DNA from: Blastocatellia bacterium
GTDB taxonomy: Bacteria; Acidobacteriota; Blastocatellia; UBA7656
Assembly: GCA_963832205.1 (NCBI GenBank)
Contig: CAWHTK010000020.1
Span: 126,512-190,511 of the forward strand
Reading direction: 5' to 3'
DNA length: 64,000 bases
Every line of letters begins with the position of its first letter. Position 1 is the first letter of the stretch. Below are positions 11,079 through 20,177 of the stretch, piece after piece. The translations under genes were made by a program, and so were the position numbers. The notes below the pieces were generated by a model. It did no database searches, was not told the origin of the DNA, and was given only the letters and a program-made list of their open reading frames with translations.

Positions 11079-11195
11079 CTTTGAAAGGGTGAAGGATGAA
11101 GTATGGCGGATGAGCAGAAGTATATTAAACTCGAGATTCAAAATTTCAAATCTCAGCGCGGCTCATCCCTCATCCCTCATCCTTCATCCTTCAAA
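11079..11195. repeat. MITE-like palindromic element with heptamer arms (R1)
   Basis: Left arm tttgaaagggtgaaggatgaag; right arm ctcatccctcatccctcatccttcatccttcaaa (reverse complement of the left). Core attcaaaatttcaaatctcagc is shared with the other elements. Confidence 0.6.
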
Positions 11196-11307
11196 GAATG
11201 ACTGGCCGCCGAAGTGAAGTTGAAGAGCAGCTCCCTCCAGGTTTTCAACTCCACTCAATACTCGTCCCCAGGTGATTAGCGAACAGCCCTGAAAACGGGA
11301 GGGTAAC

Positions 11308-12162
11308 TTGAGGCTACAAACCATCCTTGCCGCAACGGCGTTGATCTTACTGGCAGCGCCGGCGCGCGCGCAGCAGCCGAGTATGGCTTTTGACGTGAAC
11401 GCGCCGGCCGACGTAAAAACGGCGGCGCGCACACCTTTAATGACAGTTCACGAGATGCAGATAGCAGTGCAGAAGACCGAGCCGGCCGCCGCGGCCGACG
11501 CCCTGAAGCAGAAAGAGGCCGGCAAGAAAACGACTGCCCGGCCGACTGCTCAGACCACGGCCGCCGATGGCGAGACGCCCGCGGCCTCGCCCTTGCGCCC
11601 GCTCGTAATGCCCGGCGCTCAAGCGACCGGGCAACCGGCCGTCCCCGCGGGGATGGAGACGACGGGCGATGCAAAGCTCGACGAGATGATCCGCCTCTCG
11701 GCCGAGCGCAACGGCATCGACCCTAACCTGATCATCGCCGTCATGCGGCAGGAGTCGGGCTTCAAATCGCGCGCGCGATCATACAAGGGGGCGATGGGCT
11801 TGATGCAGTTGATGCCCGCGACGGCGCGGCGCTTCGGCGTTACCAATTTCTATGACCCGGCGCAGAACATAGAGGGCGGGGCGAGATATTTGCGATTCCT
11901 GCTAGACACTTTCGACGGCGACATAAAACTGGTGCTCGCCGGGTATAACGCGGGCGAAGGCGCCGTCGTCAAATACGGGTATCAGGTCCCCAGGTATCGC
12001 GAGACGCAGAACTACGTCCGCAGCATCACCGCGCGCTACAACTCGACCCGCGGCCAATCGACGCGCGCCGTCAGTAAGACCATAGCCGCTGCCGCGCCCG
12101 CCGCGCCCGAGGCGGCAAAGTTCACGGGCGGCGCGAGCAACCGCCTCTCGAATAATTATTGA
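11308..12162 (+). CDS. secreted lytic transglycosylase (SLT domain)
   Basis: Signal peptide. IAVMRQESGFKSRARSYKGAMGLMQLMPATARRFG...AGYNAGEGAV is the canonical SLT/MltE catalytic region (ES...GLMQ...YN). Confidence 0.8.
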   Translation: MRLQTILAATALILLAAPARAQQPSMAFDVNAPADVKTAARTPLMTVHEMQIAVQKTEPAAAADALKQKEAGKKTTARPTAQTTAADGETPAASPLRPLVMPGAQATGQPAVPAGMETTGDAKLDEMIRLSAERNGIDPNLIIAVMRQESGFKSRARSYKGAMGLMQLMPATARRFGVTNFYDPAQNIEGGARYLRFLLDTFDGDIKLVLAGYNAGEGAVVKYGYQVPRYRETQNYVRSITARYNSTRGQSTRAVSKTIAAAAPAAPEAAKFTGGASNRLSNNY

Positions 12163-12184
12163 TCCGGCCGTCAGCCTCCCACCA

Positions 12185-12215
12185 TTGACAAAGTCCCCAA
12201 CCGGGGACTTACAAT
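12185..12215 (+). promoter_or_regulatory. candidate sigma70-type promoter for the AMIN/amidase gene(s)
   Basis: TTGACA (12185-12190), a 19-nt spacer containing the hairpin gtccccaaccggggac, then TACAAT (12210-12215). A second TTGACT lies at 12217. Confidence 0.25.
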
Positions 12216-12272
12216 GGCGCTTGACTTCAATTATAGTCCCCCTTTAAAACGTCCCCATATATTAAGAGCGAT

Positions 12273-13418
12273 ATGTATATGCCAGCGCGGCACAAGGCTA
12301 TAGCGAATCTATTTATCTTTGCGCTCGTATTCTGCCTTGCCTCGCGCCCGGTGCTGAATGCCGCCGGGAGCGCCAGCGCGTCGCTCAACCCGCCGTCGCT
12401 TGCCGAAAACCTTTTCACGCAGGCCCGAGAGCTCAGCCGCTCGCTCCACGCCCGGCCCGTAGAAGAACGCGCCGTTGACGATTACCTCCGCGCGCTCGAC
12501 GCCTTCGGCCAGGTCATACGTCTAAATACCGATAAGAGATTTTCTGCCGAATCGCTCACGCGCCGAGCCGAGCTGTACCGCGAGATGGCCGACTCGAGCG
12601 GTGACAGCGCGCTCTACCACCGGGCGATTGAATCTTACCGCGCGGTGATGAGCGATCACGCCAACAGCTCGTTTGTGGGCGACGCCCTGACCAACATCGC
12701 GGAGATTTATGAAGAGAGCCTTCAAGACCTCGAAGGCGCGGCGCGGGCATATCGCGAGATGATCGAGCACTTTCCCAGCTCAGTGCTCGCGCGCGAGGCG
12801 CGTGCCGTGCTCGCGCGATTCGAGGACGAGCTGAGCCACCGGCCGCCGGACGTTCTGACGCCGGTTGAGGCTCCGGCGCGGGCCGTGGAGCTTGCCGGGA
12901 TCACACAGCTTACCAACGTGCGCAACTTCACAAGCCCCGATTATGCCCGCGTCGTGATCGACCTTTCGGGCGAGGCCGAGTACCGCGAGCGCCGCAACGG
13001 GTCGAACCGCCTCGTGCTGGAACTGTCGGGCATCGTAATCTCGCCGTCGCTTTACGGCCGCCGCTTCATCGTCAGAGAGACGGACCTGCTCAAGCGCATA
13101 GTGATCTCTAAGGACGACGCTTCCGAACAGGGCGCGCGCGTGGAGGTCGAAGTCGCTTCGCTCGCCAACTATTCGCTGATAAGACTGGAAGGGCCAGACC
13201 GCATCATCATCGACATACAGGCGGGGAGCGTCGCCCGGCCCATCGCGCGCGACTCTATAGTGAGGGAGCCGCGCGACGAGCATACGGATACGGGTGAGCG
13301 AGCCGCCGCGCCGGATATGGCAAGCGGCGAGGGCGCGAGCGCGCGTGCTGCTTCGCGAGCTTCCGGGCATAATCCGGTTAATCGTGAGTATGGGCGGCGC
13401 GATTATGTCGCTGCCTGA
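12273..13418 (+). CDS. exported TPR plus AMIN-domain protein (probable N-terminal part of the downstream amidase)
   Basis: Signal/anchor MYMPARHKAIANLFIFALVFCLAS, then TPR-like helices. The AMIN-like segment is ITQLTNVRNFTSPDYARVVIDLSGEAEY...LVLELSGIVI. The Arg/Ala-rich tail overlaps the next ORF by 125 nt. Confidence 0.55.
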   Translation: MYMPARHKAIANLFIFALVFCLASRPVLNAAGSASASLNPPSLAENLFTQARELSRSLHARPVEERAVDDYLRALDAFGQVIRLNTDKRFSAESLTRRAELYREMADSSGDSALYHRAIESYRAVMSDHANSSFVGDALTNIAEIYEESLQDLEGAARAYREMIEHFPSSVLAREARAVLARFEDELSHRPPDVLTPVEAPARAVELAGITQLTNVRNFTSPDYARVVIDLSGEAEYRERRNGSNRLVLELSGIVISPSLYGRRFIVRETDLLKRIVISKDDASEQGARVEVEVASLANYSLIRLEGPDRIIIDIQAGSVARPIARDSIVREPRDEHTDTGERAAAPDMASGEGASARAASRASGHNPVNREYGRRDYVAA

Positions 13419-14277
13419 CATCGGCGAGCCGATAGTCCCGATGACTCCCGACGAGGCGCGCAAGGCGGCGGGCGCTGCCGAAAGCCTCGCGACAAACCTT
13501 GCCGCGGGGGTTGACCAGAAAGCGGGCGAAGGACCCGTCAAGCGCATAGTGATCGATCCCGGTCACGGCGGGCACGACACGGGGACGGTAAGCTCGACGG
13601 GGCTGCGCGAGAAAGACCTTGTGCTCGACGTGGCGCGAAGGCTGCGCAATTACATAAAGTCGAAGTATCCAGAGATCGAAGTGATAATGACGAGGGAGAG
13701 CGACCGCTTCATCGCGCTCGAGGAGCGGACCGCCATAGCGAATTCGCGCAAGGCCGATCTGTTCATATCCGTGCATGCGAACGCGGCGCCGTCGCGCGCG
13801 GCGTCGGGTGTCGAGACGTTTTTCGTCAACCCCGACCGCGCGAAGCAGGAGGCCGCCCCGGCGGTAGCGCGTAACCCCGTGGCCGAGGAGAGCGCCAGGC
13901 CCGCGAGCGCCGCCGGCCCGGCCGGTAATGCCGGAAGCGCGAAAGCCGAGAGCGCCCCGGATAAGGCGCAGTCGGTCGTGGCAAGCGTAACCGTGGGCAA
14001 CCGCGTTGCCGAATCGCGCGAGCTTGCGCGCTACATACAATCGGGCCTCGTGCGCGGCATCGGGGCTCATTCGCCTCGCGCCGCCGCCAATCGCGGAGTC
14101 AAGCACGCGTCGTTTACGGTGCTCGTAGGCGCGATGATGCCGAGCGTGCTCGCGGAAGTCTCTTTCCTCTCCAACGAGCGCGACGAGGTATTGTTGAAGA
14201 CGGGCGAGTTCCGCGAGCGGATCGCGGCGTCGCTTTTCGCCGGGCTAAATGCCTACCTCAAGAAAAACCGCCAGTGA
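13378..14277 (+). CDS. N-acetylmuramoyl-L-alanine amidase (Amidase_3, AmiC-like catalytic domain)
   Basis: KRIVIDPGHGGHDTGTVSSTGLREKDLVLDVARRL...LFISVHANAA...GVETFFVN...RELARYIQ. The start codon is uncertain: 13294, 13378 or 13401. Confidence 0.8.
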   Translation, partial: LIVSMGGAIMSLPDIGEPIVPMTPDEARKAAGAAESLATNLAAGVDQKAGEGPVKRIVIDPGHGGHDTGTVSSTGLREKDLVLDVARRLRNYIKSKYPEIEVIMTRESDRFIALEERTAIANSRKADLFISVHANAAPSRAASGVETFFVNPDRAKQEAAPAVARNPVAEESARPASAAGPAGNAGSAKAESAPDKAQSVVASVTVGNRVAESRELARYIQSGLVRGIGAHSPRAAANRGVKHASFTVLVGAMMPSVLAEVSFLSNERDEVLLKTGEFRERIAASLFAGLNAYLKKNRQ

Positions 14278-14282
14278 CGATT

Positions 14283-14398
14283 CTAGATTTTGGATTTTAG
14301 ATTTTGGATTTTGGATTAGGGAACTTGGTCGGAATCAGCCCGCTGATGTTCCAGGTATCCGGCAATCCAAAATCCAAAATCTAAAATCCAAAATCTAA
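14283..14398. repeat. MITE-like element with ggattttg heptamer arms (R2)
   Basis: agattttggattttagattttggattttggatt ... aatccaaaatccaaaatctaaaatccaaaatct. The core is the reverse complement of the core of the copy at 38499..38612. Confidence 0.7.
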
Positions 14399-14404
14399 AT
14401 TGTT

Positions 14405-15536
14405 TCAGCTTTGCTTCAGGTCGTGGAGGGTCACGTAGCCGATGATGAGGCCGTTCGGGTCGAGCACGACCGCGCGGCCCAGGCCGTTGTTAGAGAGCAT
14501 ATGGCGCGCCTGGGAAACAGTCGAATTTGAGCTTAAGAACATGGAGTCGTCAACGGGGCGCATAACGTCGCGCGTGATGAGGTTCGGCCAGTCCGAGCGC
14601 GGCACCTGCTTTAAGTCTTCGAGCATGAGCATGCCGTGCAGCCTGCGGTCCTGTACGCATGGGAAATGTGGTGTGGTGGTTGTTCTTAAGGATTTTGTTG
14701 ACGAAATCGGAGACCTTCATTTCGGGCGGTATCTGCACGACGGCGCGGTTCATGACGTCTTCGATAGTGCCGCGCTTGACGCGCCATACGCCGTAGCCGC
14801 GACCTTCGGTCGTGCCAAGCATCACCGCGATCATCAGCCCGATAATAATGCTCCACATGCCGGTGATCCAGTCCTGAAAAAGGAAGCCGTAAAGGCCGGC
14901 GCCCATCAGCGTGAAGGCGATCATCATGCCCGCCCGGACCGCGAACTGCGTGGCCGCGCGGAAGTTTTTCTTAAAACGCCAGTGTATCGCCCTCAGCACG
15001 CGCCCGCCGTCGAGCGGCAGGCCCGGCAGTATGTTGAAGCCGGCCAGAAACCAGTTGACCAGCCCGACGTGCCTGAGCACCTGGCCGGCCGCCCTGTAAG
15101 TAGTGCCGTACAGCAGCACCTCGTCGATCAAAAAGAGCACCGTCCCGATCAGAAAACTTGATGCGGGGCCGACTACGGCGATCTTGAATTCGGAGGAAGG
15201 CTGCGCGGGCTGCCCGTTGAGCGAAGCGAGCCCGCCGAACATGTACAGGGTTATGCTGCCGGTGCCAAGCCCTTCGGCCCGCGCCATCAGGGCGTGCGAA
15301 AGCTCGTGCAAAAGCACCGACGCAAAGAGCAGCGCCGCCGTCAAAAAGCCGAGCAACCAGTAAGTTAACTGGCCGAGCCCCGGCGCCTCGCGCGGCAGCA
15401 GCGTCGAGGCCACCGCCCAGGCGTAGAAGGGGAAGACCGGGAGCCAGCTATAGTGCGCGCGTATGGGGATGCCGAAGACGCGGCCGAGGTAGAACGGCTT
15501 CGGGTTGAAGATCGTCATTACAGAGTTTCGTCGCAT
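14405..15536 (-). CDS. site-2 protease (M50 zinc metalloprotease) with C-terminal CBS pair; single frame disruption near 14640-14660
   Basis: HELSHALMARAEGLGTGSITLYMFGG (HExxH ... LDGG) in ORF 14550..15536. After ...NNHHTTFP the frame turns Arg-rich. The CBS frame (14405..14632 extended upstream) reads PCVQDRRLHGMLMLEDLKQV...ITRDVMRPVDDS...GLIIGYVTLHDL. Confidence 0.75.
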
Positions 15537-15563
15537 GTGATAGGCGCTCTTGTGAAGTTTACA

Positions 15564-15608
15564 TCTGAAATTTGAAATCTCAAATTTGAAATTCCAGACA
15601 CCCCTGAC
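15564..15608. repeat. MITE-like element fragment, tttgaaat family (R3)
   Basis: ctgaaatttgaaatctcaaatttgaaattccagacacccctgac. Shares the 16-mer atctcaaatttgaaat and cccctgac with the copy at 57496..57564. Confidence 0.55.
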
Positions 15609-15626
15609 TTGTCGCCCGCGATGGCC

Positions 15627-15632
15627 TATAAT
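15627..15632 (+). promoter_or_regulatory. candidate -10 box (TATAAT) upstream of sixA
   Basis: gcctataatag lies 27 nt upstream of the ATG. RBS aaaaaggag at 15644-15652. No convincing -35 box. Confidence 0.25.
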
Positions 15633-15658
15633 AGAAAACTCGAAAAAGGAGCATCCAT

Positions 15659-16168
15659 ATGGATCTTTACATTATCCGGCACGCTATCGCCCACCCGCTG
15701 GGTCAGAAGAACGAATTTACAGACGAGAAGCGTGCCCTGACCTCGGATGGCCGCGATAGGATGCGCGATGTGGCCAGGGGGCTCAAAAAGATGGGTGTCG
15801 AGCTGGACCTTTTGCTTACAAGCCCGCTCGTGCGCGCCGTCGAAACGGCCGAGATTGTGGCCGGTGCTCTGGGCCTTGGGAAAAAAGAGATGGCCGAGAC
15901 GCCGAACCTCGCGCCGGGCGCTTCGGCCGAAGACCTGTTTGCGGAGATAAAACGGCGTAACGGCGCGGAATCGATTGGGCTCGTGGGTCATCAGCCTGAC
16001 CTGGGGATGCTGATCTCGCGGATCATTCAATGCGGCGATAACTTCGGGGTGCAGCTCAAAAAGGGCAGCGTATGCATGATAAGCGTGCTTGAGACGGTGC
16101 CGACCCTGCGCGGCGACCTGATGTGGTTGCTGACGCCGAAGCAACTGCGCATGTTTTCAAAGCTCTGA
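15659..16168 (+). CDS. sixA: phosphohistidine phosphatase SixA (histidine phosphatase superfamily)
   Basis: MDLYIIRHAIAHP (RHG motif) ... LVGHQPDLGMLISRI (second catalytic His). 169 aa. Confidence 0.75.
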   Translation: MDLYIIRHAIAHPLGQKNEFTDEKRALTSDGRDRMRDVARGLKKMGVELDLLLTSPLVRAVETAEIVAGALGLGKKEMAETPNLAPGASAEDLFAEIKRRNGAESIGLVGHQPDLGMLISRIIQCGDNFGVQLKKGSVCMISVLETVPTLRGDLMWLLTPKQLRMFSKL

Positions 16169-16190
16169 CATTGAGGATTAAGGAGTCGAG

Positions 16191-16409
16191 TTGTATATAG
16201 TAGCGGCTATCGTAGGAATACTGGTGGCGTTCGTCTCGTGGATGGTAACCTCCCACGCCGTGGCGGCTTCAATCATCTGGGCCGAGGCCCGCTACCCGCG
16301 CCTGGCGGGCACTAAGGGCATGCGCGCAGGCGAAGCCGCGCTTTGCGGGCTGGTCGTGCTGCTATGTTTCGCGCTCGCCTTCTGGATCGCGCAATTGATC
16401 GCGAAGTAA
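16191..16409 (+). CDS. small two-helix membrane protein (hypothetical)
   Basis: 72 aa with hydrophobic helices (IVAAIVGILVAFVSWMV, LCGLVVLLCFALAFWIA). No homology recognised. Confidence 0.3.
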   Translation: MYIVAAIVGILVAFVSWMVTSHAVAASIIWAEARYPRLAGTKGMRAGEAALCGLVVLLCFALAFWIAQLIAK

Positions 16410-16421
16410 TTCGCCCCTCGC

Positions 16422-17969
16422 TTATCTACGGGCGAGTTCCCGCTTTAGCAGCTTGCCGGTCGGGCCCTTCGGAATCTCGTCGAGAAACTCGATTGACTTG
16501 GGGCATTTGAAATCGGCCAGGTGCGTTCGGCAAAACGCGATTATCTCCTGCTCGGTCGCCCGCTCGCCTTCGACGAGCACGACGAAGGCCCTGACCTCCT
16601 CGCCATAAAGCGCGTCGGCTACCCCGATGGTGGCCGCGTCCTTCACTTTCGGGTGACGATATAGCACCTCGTCGATCTCTCGCGGGTAGATGTTTTCGCC
16701 GCCGCGTATGATCATATCGTTCTTGCGGTCAACTATATAAAAGAACCCGTCCTCGTCGCGGTATCCGAGGTCGCCCGTGTGGAACCACCCCGAACGGAAT
16801 GCTTCGAGCGTGGCCCGCCTGTCCTTGTAGTAGCCCTTCATTATGTTCGGCCCGCGCAAGACGATCTCGCCGATCTCGCGCGGGCCAAGCTCGCGGTCGT
16901 CTTCATCAAAGACTTTTACCTCGTTGCCTATGGGCAGCCCGACCGACCCCGGCCGCCTGCGATCATCCGCGGGGTTGAAAGTCGAGCGGCAGGTCGATTC
17001 CGAAAGCCCGTAGCCTTCGACCACCGGACAGCCGAAGAGTCTTTCGAACCGCTCGATCACCTCAAGCGGAACCGGGGCCGAGCCGCACAGCGCGAAACGG
17101 AGGCCGCGGATGTCGAGACTTTCCGGGACGCCCGCGGGCCAGGTCTGTATGAGCAGCGAAAGCATCGTCGCGACCGAGCCGAAATAGCTCACGCCGTAAC
17201 GCGAAATCGTCTCCCAGTGGCGCGAGGCGCTGAAGCGCGGCGCAAGGACTATGCTGCCGCCGGCCCAGAGCGCGGCCATGCAGGTGGTCATCAGCGCGTT
17301 CACGTGAAAGAGCGGCATTAGCATTAACGCGCGGTCGCTTTCGCCGAGGCCGAGCCACTCGCTGATCTGCCGCGCGTTCGATAGTATGTTGCCGTGTGTG
17401 AGAAGCACGCCCTTGGGCTTCCCGGTCGTGCCCGACGTATAGATTATCACCGCCTCGTCGTCCGCGGTGACGGCCGGCCGCGGGCGCGGATCAACCGCTT
17501 TTCTCTTTATCGATGATGTCGACGAGCGGACCACCGACCAGCCACCTTTCTCGTCGATCACCACGACGTGTCGTAACCGGGTTGACCGCTCCAGCGCCTG
17601 ATCGAGGTTCGGCAACAGTTCCGGCTCGGTTATTACGACCGACGCGCCGGAGTTTGAGATGATGAATTCGACCTCGTGCGCTTTGAGCATGGCGTTGACC
17701 GGCCCGGCCCATGCGCCTATTTCGAAGCAGGCGAAATAGCAGATAAGGTACTCGATGCGATTCGTGAGCAGCAGGCTCACGCGGCCCCCCTTTTTGACGC
17801 CGAGCGAGAGCAGGAATTCGGCCGCGCGGTCGATTTCACCGGCGAATGCCCTGTAAGTTAGCGCCGACCCGTCAGACCCTGAGAAAAGGAACTCTTTATC
17901 CGAAAATCTATCTACGCGGGACGCGAGTAATTGGCCTATGGTTTCGGGCGAGCTCTCCGGCATATGCAC
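16422..17969 (-). CDS. AMP-dependent acyl-CoA synthetase / long-chain fatty-acid-CoA ligase
   Basis: IIYTSGTTGKPKGV, GYGLSES, WFHTGDLGYRDEDGFFYIVDRKNDMIIRGGENIYPREIDEVL, and C-terminal PKGPTGKLLKREL. Confidence 0.85.
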   Translation of the reverse strand: MHMPESSPETIGQLLASRVDRFSDKEFLFSGSDGSALTYRAFAGEIDRAAEFLLSLGVKKGGRVSLLLTNRIEYLICYFACFEIGAWAGPVNAMLKAHEVEFIISNSGASVVITEPELLPNLDQALERSTRLRHVVVIDEKGGWSVVRSSTSSIKRKAVDPRPRPAVTADDEAVIIYTSGTTGKPKGVLLTHGNILSNARQISEWLGLGESDRALMLMPLFHVNALMTTCMAALWAGGSIVLAPRFSASRHWETISRYGVSYFGSVATMLSLLIQTWPAGVPESLDIRGLRFALCGSAPVPLEVIERFERLFGCPVVEGYGLSESTCRSTFNPADDRRRPGSVGLPIGNEVKVFDEDDRELGPREIGEIVLRGPNIMKGYYKDRRATLEAFRSGWFHTGDLGYRDEDGFFYIVDRKNDMIIRGGENIYPREIDEVLYRHPKVKDAATIGVADALYGEEVRAFVVLVEGERATEQEIIAFCRTHLADFKCPKSIEFLDEIPKGPTGKLLKRELARR

Positions 17970-18116
17970 ATCTTAGCTAAAACCCGGTGAGAGGCAAAGT
18001 ATGAGGACTGGTGAAGGAGGCGTTATGAATACAGGCCCGGCGAGCGCCGCGTTTGACTTCGCGCCTGCCAGCGGCTAAATTTTTCGCCTGATTGTAAAGA
18101 CAACCTCGGAGGAAGA

Positions 18117-19949
18117 ATGTCGATCAAGTCGGATCGCTGGATCAAGCGGATGTGCGAAGAGCAAGGGCTCATCGAGCCTTATGAAGAGAAGCTCGTCCGC
18201 AGTATAGAAGATAGGCGAATCATAAGCGCCGGCCTTTCAAGTTACGGCTACGACTGCCGGCTCGCGCGCGACGAGTTCAAGGTCTTTTCGCCGGTTACGG
18301 GGACCGAGATAGACCCGAAGAACTTCGACCCCAACAGCCTGCTCGACGTGCCTATCAGAAATACCGCGGACGGCTCCGAGTACTGGCTGCTTCCGCCGCA
18401 CTCCTACGCGCTCGGCGTCACCATAGAGCGATTCAAGATGCCGCGCAACGTAACCGCCCTCGCCATCGGCAAGTGTGTAACTGGCGATGCGCTCATCTTA
18501 AATCCCGATACGGGCGATCTGATACAGATGCGCGATTACGTCGAGAGGCGTATAACGCGAGCCGCTTCGCTTTCGGGTAACCAGATCGCCAGCGCCCGAG
18601 TCTCCGACCACATACGTAGCGGGATCAAGCCCGTATATCGGTTGACTACTCGGACAGGGCGCAGGGTCAAGCTTACATCCAATCATCCGCTGTTAACGTT
18701 CAACGGCTGGGTTCGCCTCAAAGACCTGGTCCCCGGAGCGAGCAGAGTAGCGGTGCCGCGCTCGCTGCCCTTCTTCGGCAGTAGTGATCTACCAGATCAT
18801 GAGGCAGACATGCTCGGCTTGATGATCTCTGATGGCCAATGCAGCACGCCTGGGCATTCGCCATGTTACACGAGCGCGGACCCGACGTTGGTGGAATACT
18901 TCACGTCCGCGGTTGAGCAGTTCGGATGCTTCGTTCATCCCAAAGGCAACTTTGGATATAGAGTCGTGAACCGGCTCGGCAGAGGGGGGATTATGACAGG
19001 CAACCCCAATCGGATGACGGTCTGGCTGTCCGATATGGGGATAAACGTCGTGTCGAGAGATAAGTTCATCCCCACGCGAGTCTTAACGGCATCACGCGGA
19101 TCTGCCGCCAGGTTCTTGAGGGCACTCTTTTCCGGCGACGGAAGCGTCATGACTCAGGGCAGCCAGGTCGTGATCGAGTACTGCTCCATGTCAGAGCGCC
19201 TGGTGCGTGACGTTCAGCATATGCTTTTGCGCTTCGGCATAATCTCTTCGGTGCGCTCCAAGCAGACAAACTTTGGTACTACGGCGTGGAGGCTGTGGGT
19301 AACGGACAAAGACGCGATAACCATTTTTGCGCGCGAGATAGGTTTAATACCGGGAAGCCAGAAGCAGAAAAAACTGGAAGAAGCGCTGGACATAATTGCC
19401 GCTCATCCGAAGTCGCACACGAACATAGACAGCCTCCCTTCGGATGCGTGGGCGGTCCTGCAGGCGGCTTGCCGTAAGAATAATCGGTCGATGCAGAGCG
19501 TGGGCTTTCACCCGAACCGCAAGCAGGGCGTAAGCCGCGCCCTTGCGGCGCACGTCGGTGTCGAGCTTGAAGAGCCCTCGCTCGTCGGCATAGCTTCGTC
19601 GGACATATTGTGGGACCGCGTTGAGGCAATTGAGTACGTCGGCGAAGAAGAGGTGTACGACCTCGGCATTGCCGCAACGCACAACTTCATAGCCAATGAC
19701 ATCATTGTGCATAATTCAACTTATGCGCGCTGCGGATTGATCGCGAATACGACTCCGCTCGAAGCCGCCTGGTGCGGGCGATTAGTAGTCGAGTTGTATA
19801 ATGCCGCCAACCTGCCGGTGAGGCTTTACGCGGAGGAGGGCTTCATACAGATACTCTTCTTCGAATCGGACGAGGAGTGCAACACGAGCTATAGCGACCG
19901 CGGCGGAAAGTACCAGGACCAGCCCGGCCTCACGCTCGCGAAAGTATGA
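18117..19949 (+). CDS. dcd: dCTP deaminase interrupted in-frame by a 414-aa intein (exteins 119 + 77 aa)
   Basis: N-extein MSIKSDRWIKRMCEEQGLIEPYEE...VTALAIGK and C-extein STYARCGLIANTTPLEAAW...FIQILFFESDE together give about 196 aa of dCTP deaminase. The insertion splits the conserved GK|S-STYARCGL (GRSS-ARLGL) active-site loop. Confidence 0.85.
   Translation: MSIKSDRWIKRMCEEQGLIEPYEEKLVRSIEDRRIISAGLSSYGYDCRLARDEFKVFSPVTGTEIDPKNFDPNSLLDVPIRNTADGSEYWLLPPHSYALGVTIERFKMPRNVTALAIGKCVTGDALILNPDTGDLIQMRDYVERRITRAASLSGNQIASARVSDHIRSGIKPVYRLTTRTGRRVKLTSNHPLLTFNGWVRLKDLVPGASRVAVPRSLPFFGSSDLPDHEADMLGLMISDGQCSTPGHSPCYTSADPTLVEYFTSAVEQFGCFVHPKGNFGYRVVNRLGRGGIMTGNPNRMTVWLSDMGINVVSRDKFIPTRVLTASRGSAARFLRALFSGDGSVMTQGSQVVIEYCSMSERLVRDVQHMLLRFGIISSVRSKQTNFGTTAWRLWVTDKDAITIFAREIGLIPGSQKQKKLEEALDIIAAHPKSHTNIDSLPSDAWAVLQAACRKNNRSMQSVGFHPNRKQGVSRALAAHVGVELEEPSLVGIASSDILWDRVEAIEYVGEEEVYDLGIAATHNFIANDIIVHNSTYARCGLIANTTPLEAAWCGRLVVELYNAANLPVRLYAEEGFIQILFFESDEECNTSYSDRGGKYQDQPGLTLAKV
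18474..19715 (+). mobile_element. intein with LAGLIDADG homing-endonuclease domain inside dcd
   Basis: Begins CVTGDALILNPDTGDL (block A; Cys1 at 18474-18476). Two LAGLIDADG motifs (MLGLMISDGQCS and FLRALFSGDGSV). Ends IIVHN (19701-19715), followed by a Ser +1 residue. Confidence 0.8.
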
Positions 19950-19994
19950 TGCCGGTTGCCCGGTACCAGGAAGATGAAGATAGACTTATGGAGT

Positions 19995-20018
19995 GCTGCG
20001 ACACGCTCGCAGCTTTTT
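19995..20018 (+). terminator. candidate rho-independent terminator after dcd
   Basis: Stem gctgcgacacgctcgcagc followed by TTTTT, 46 nt after the dcd stop. Confidence 0.4.
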
Positions 20019-20177
20019 GAAAGGGTGACTTGTCACCGCACTCCACATCTCCACCTCCAACTCTCTATTTCCCCAATACTAAAACTATTACGTCATTTCA
20101 ACCCGTCTGATGATCTGCTACTATGAGCCGCTGGCTCCCTGTGCTTCCGCGGTTCATCCCATACTGCCCCGAAGGCA

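Noticed and set aside
14283-14398. Tandem gattttg/gattttag heptamers considered as a CRISPR array or a VNTR.
   Set aside because: The units are only 7 nt, there are no spacers, and the two arms are reverse complements of each other around a unique core. That is MITE/REP-like, not CRISPR.
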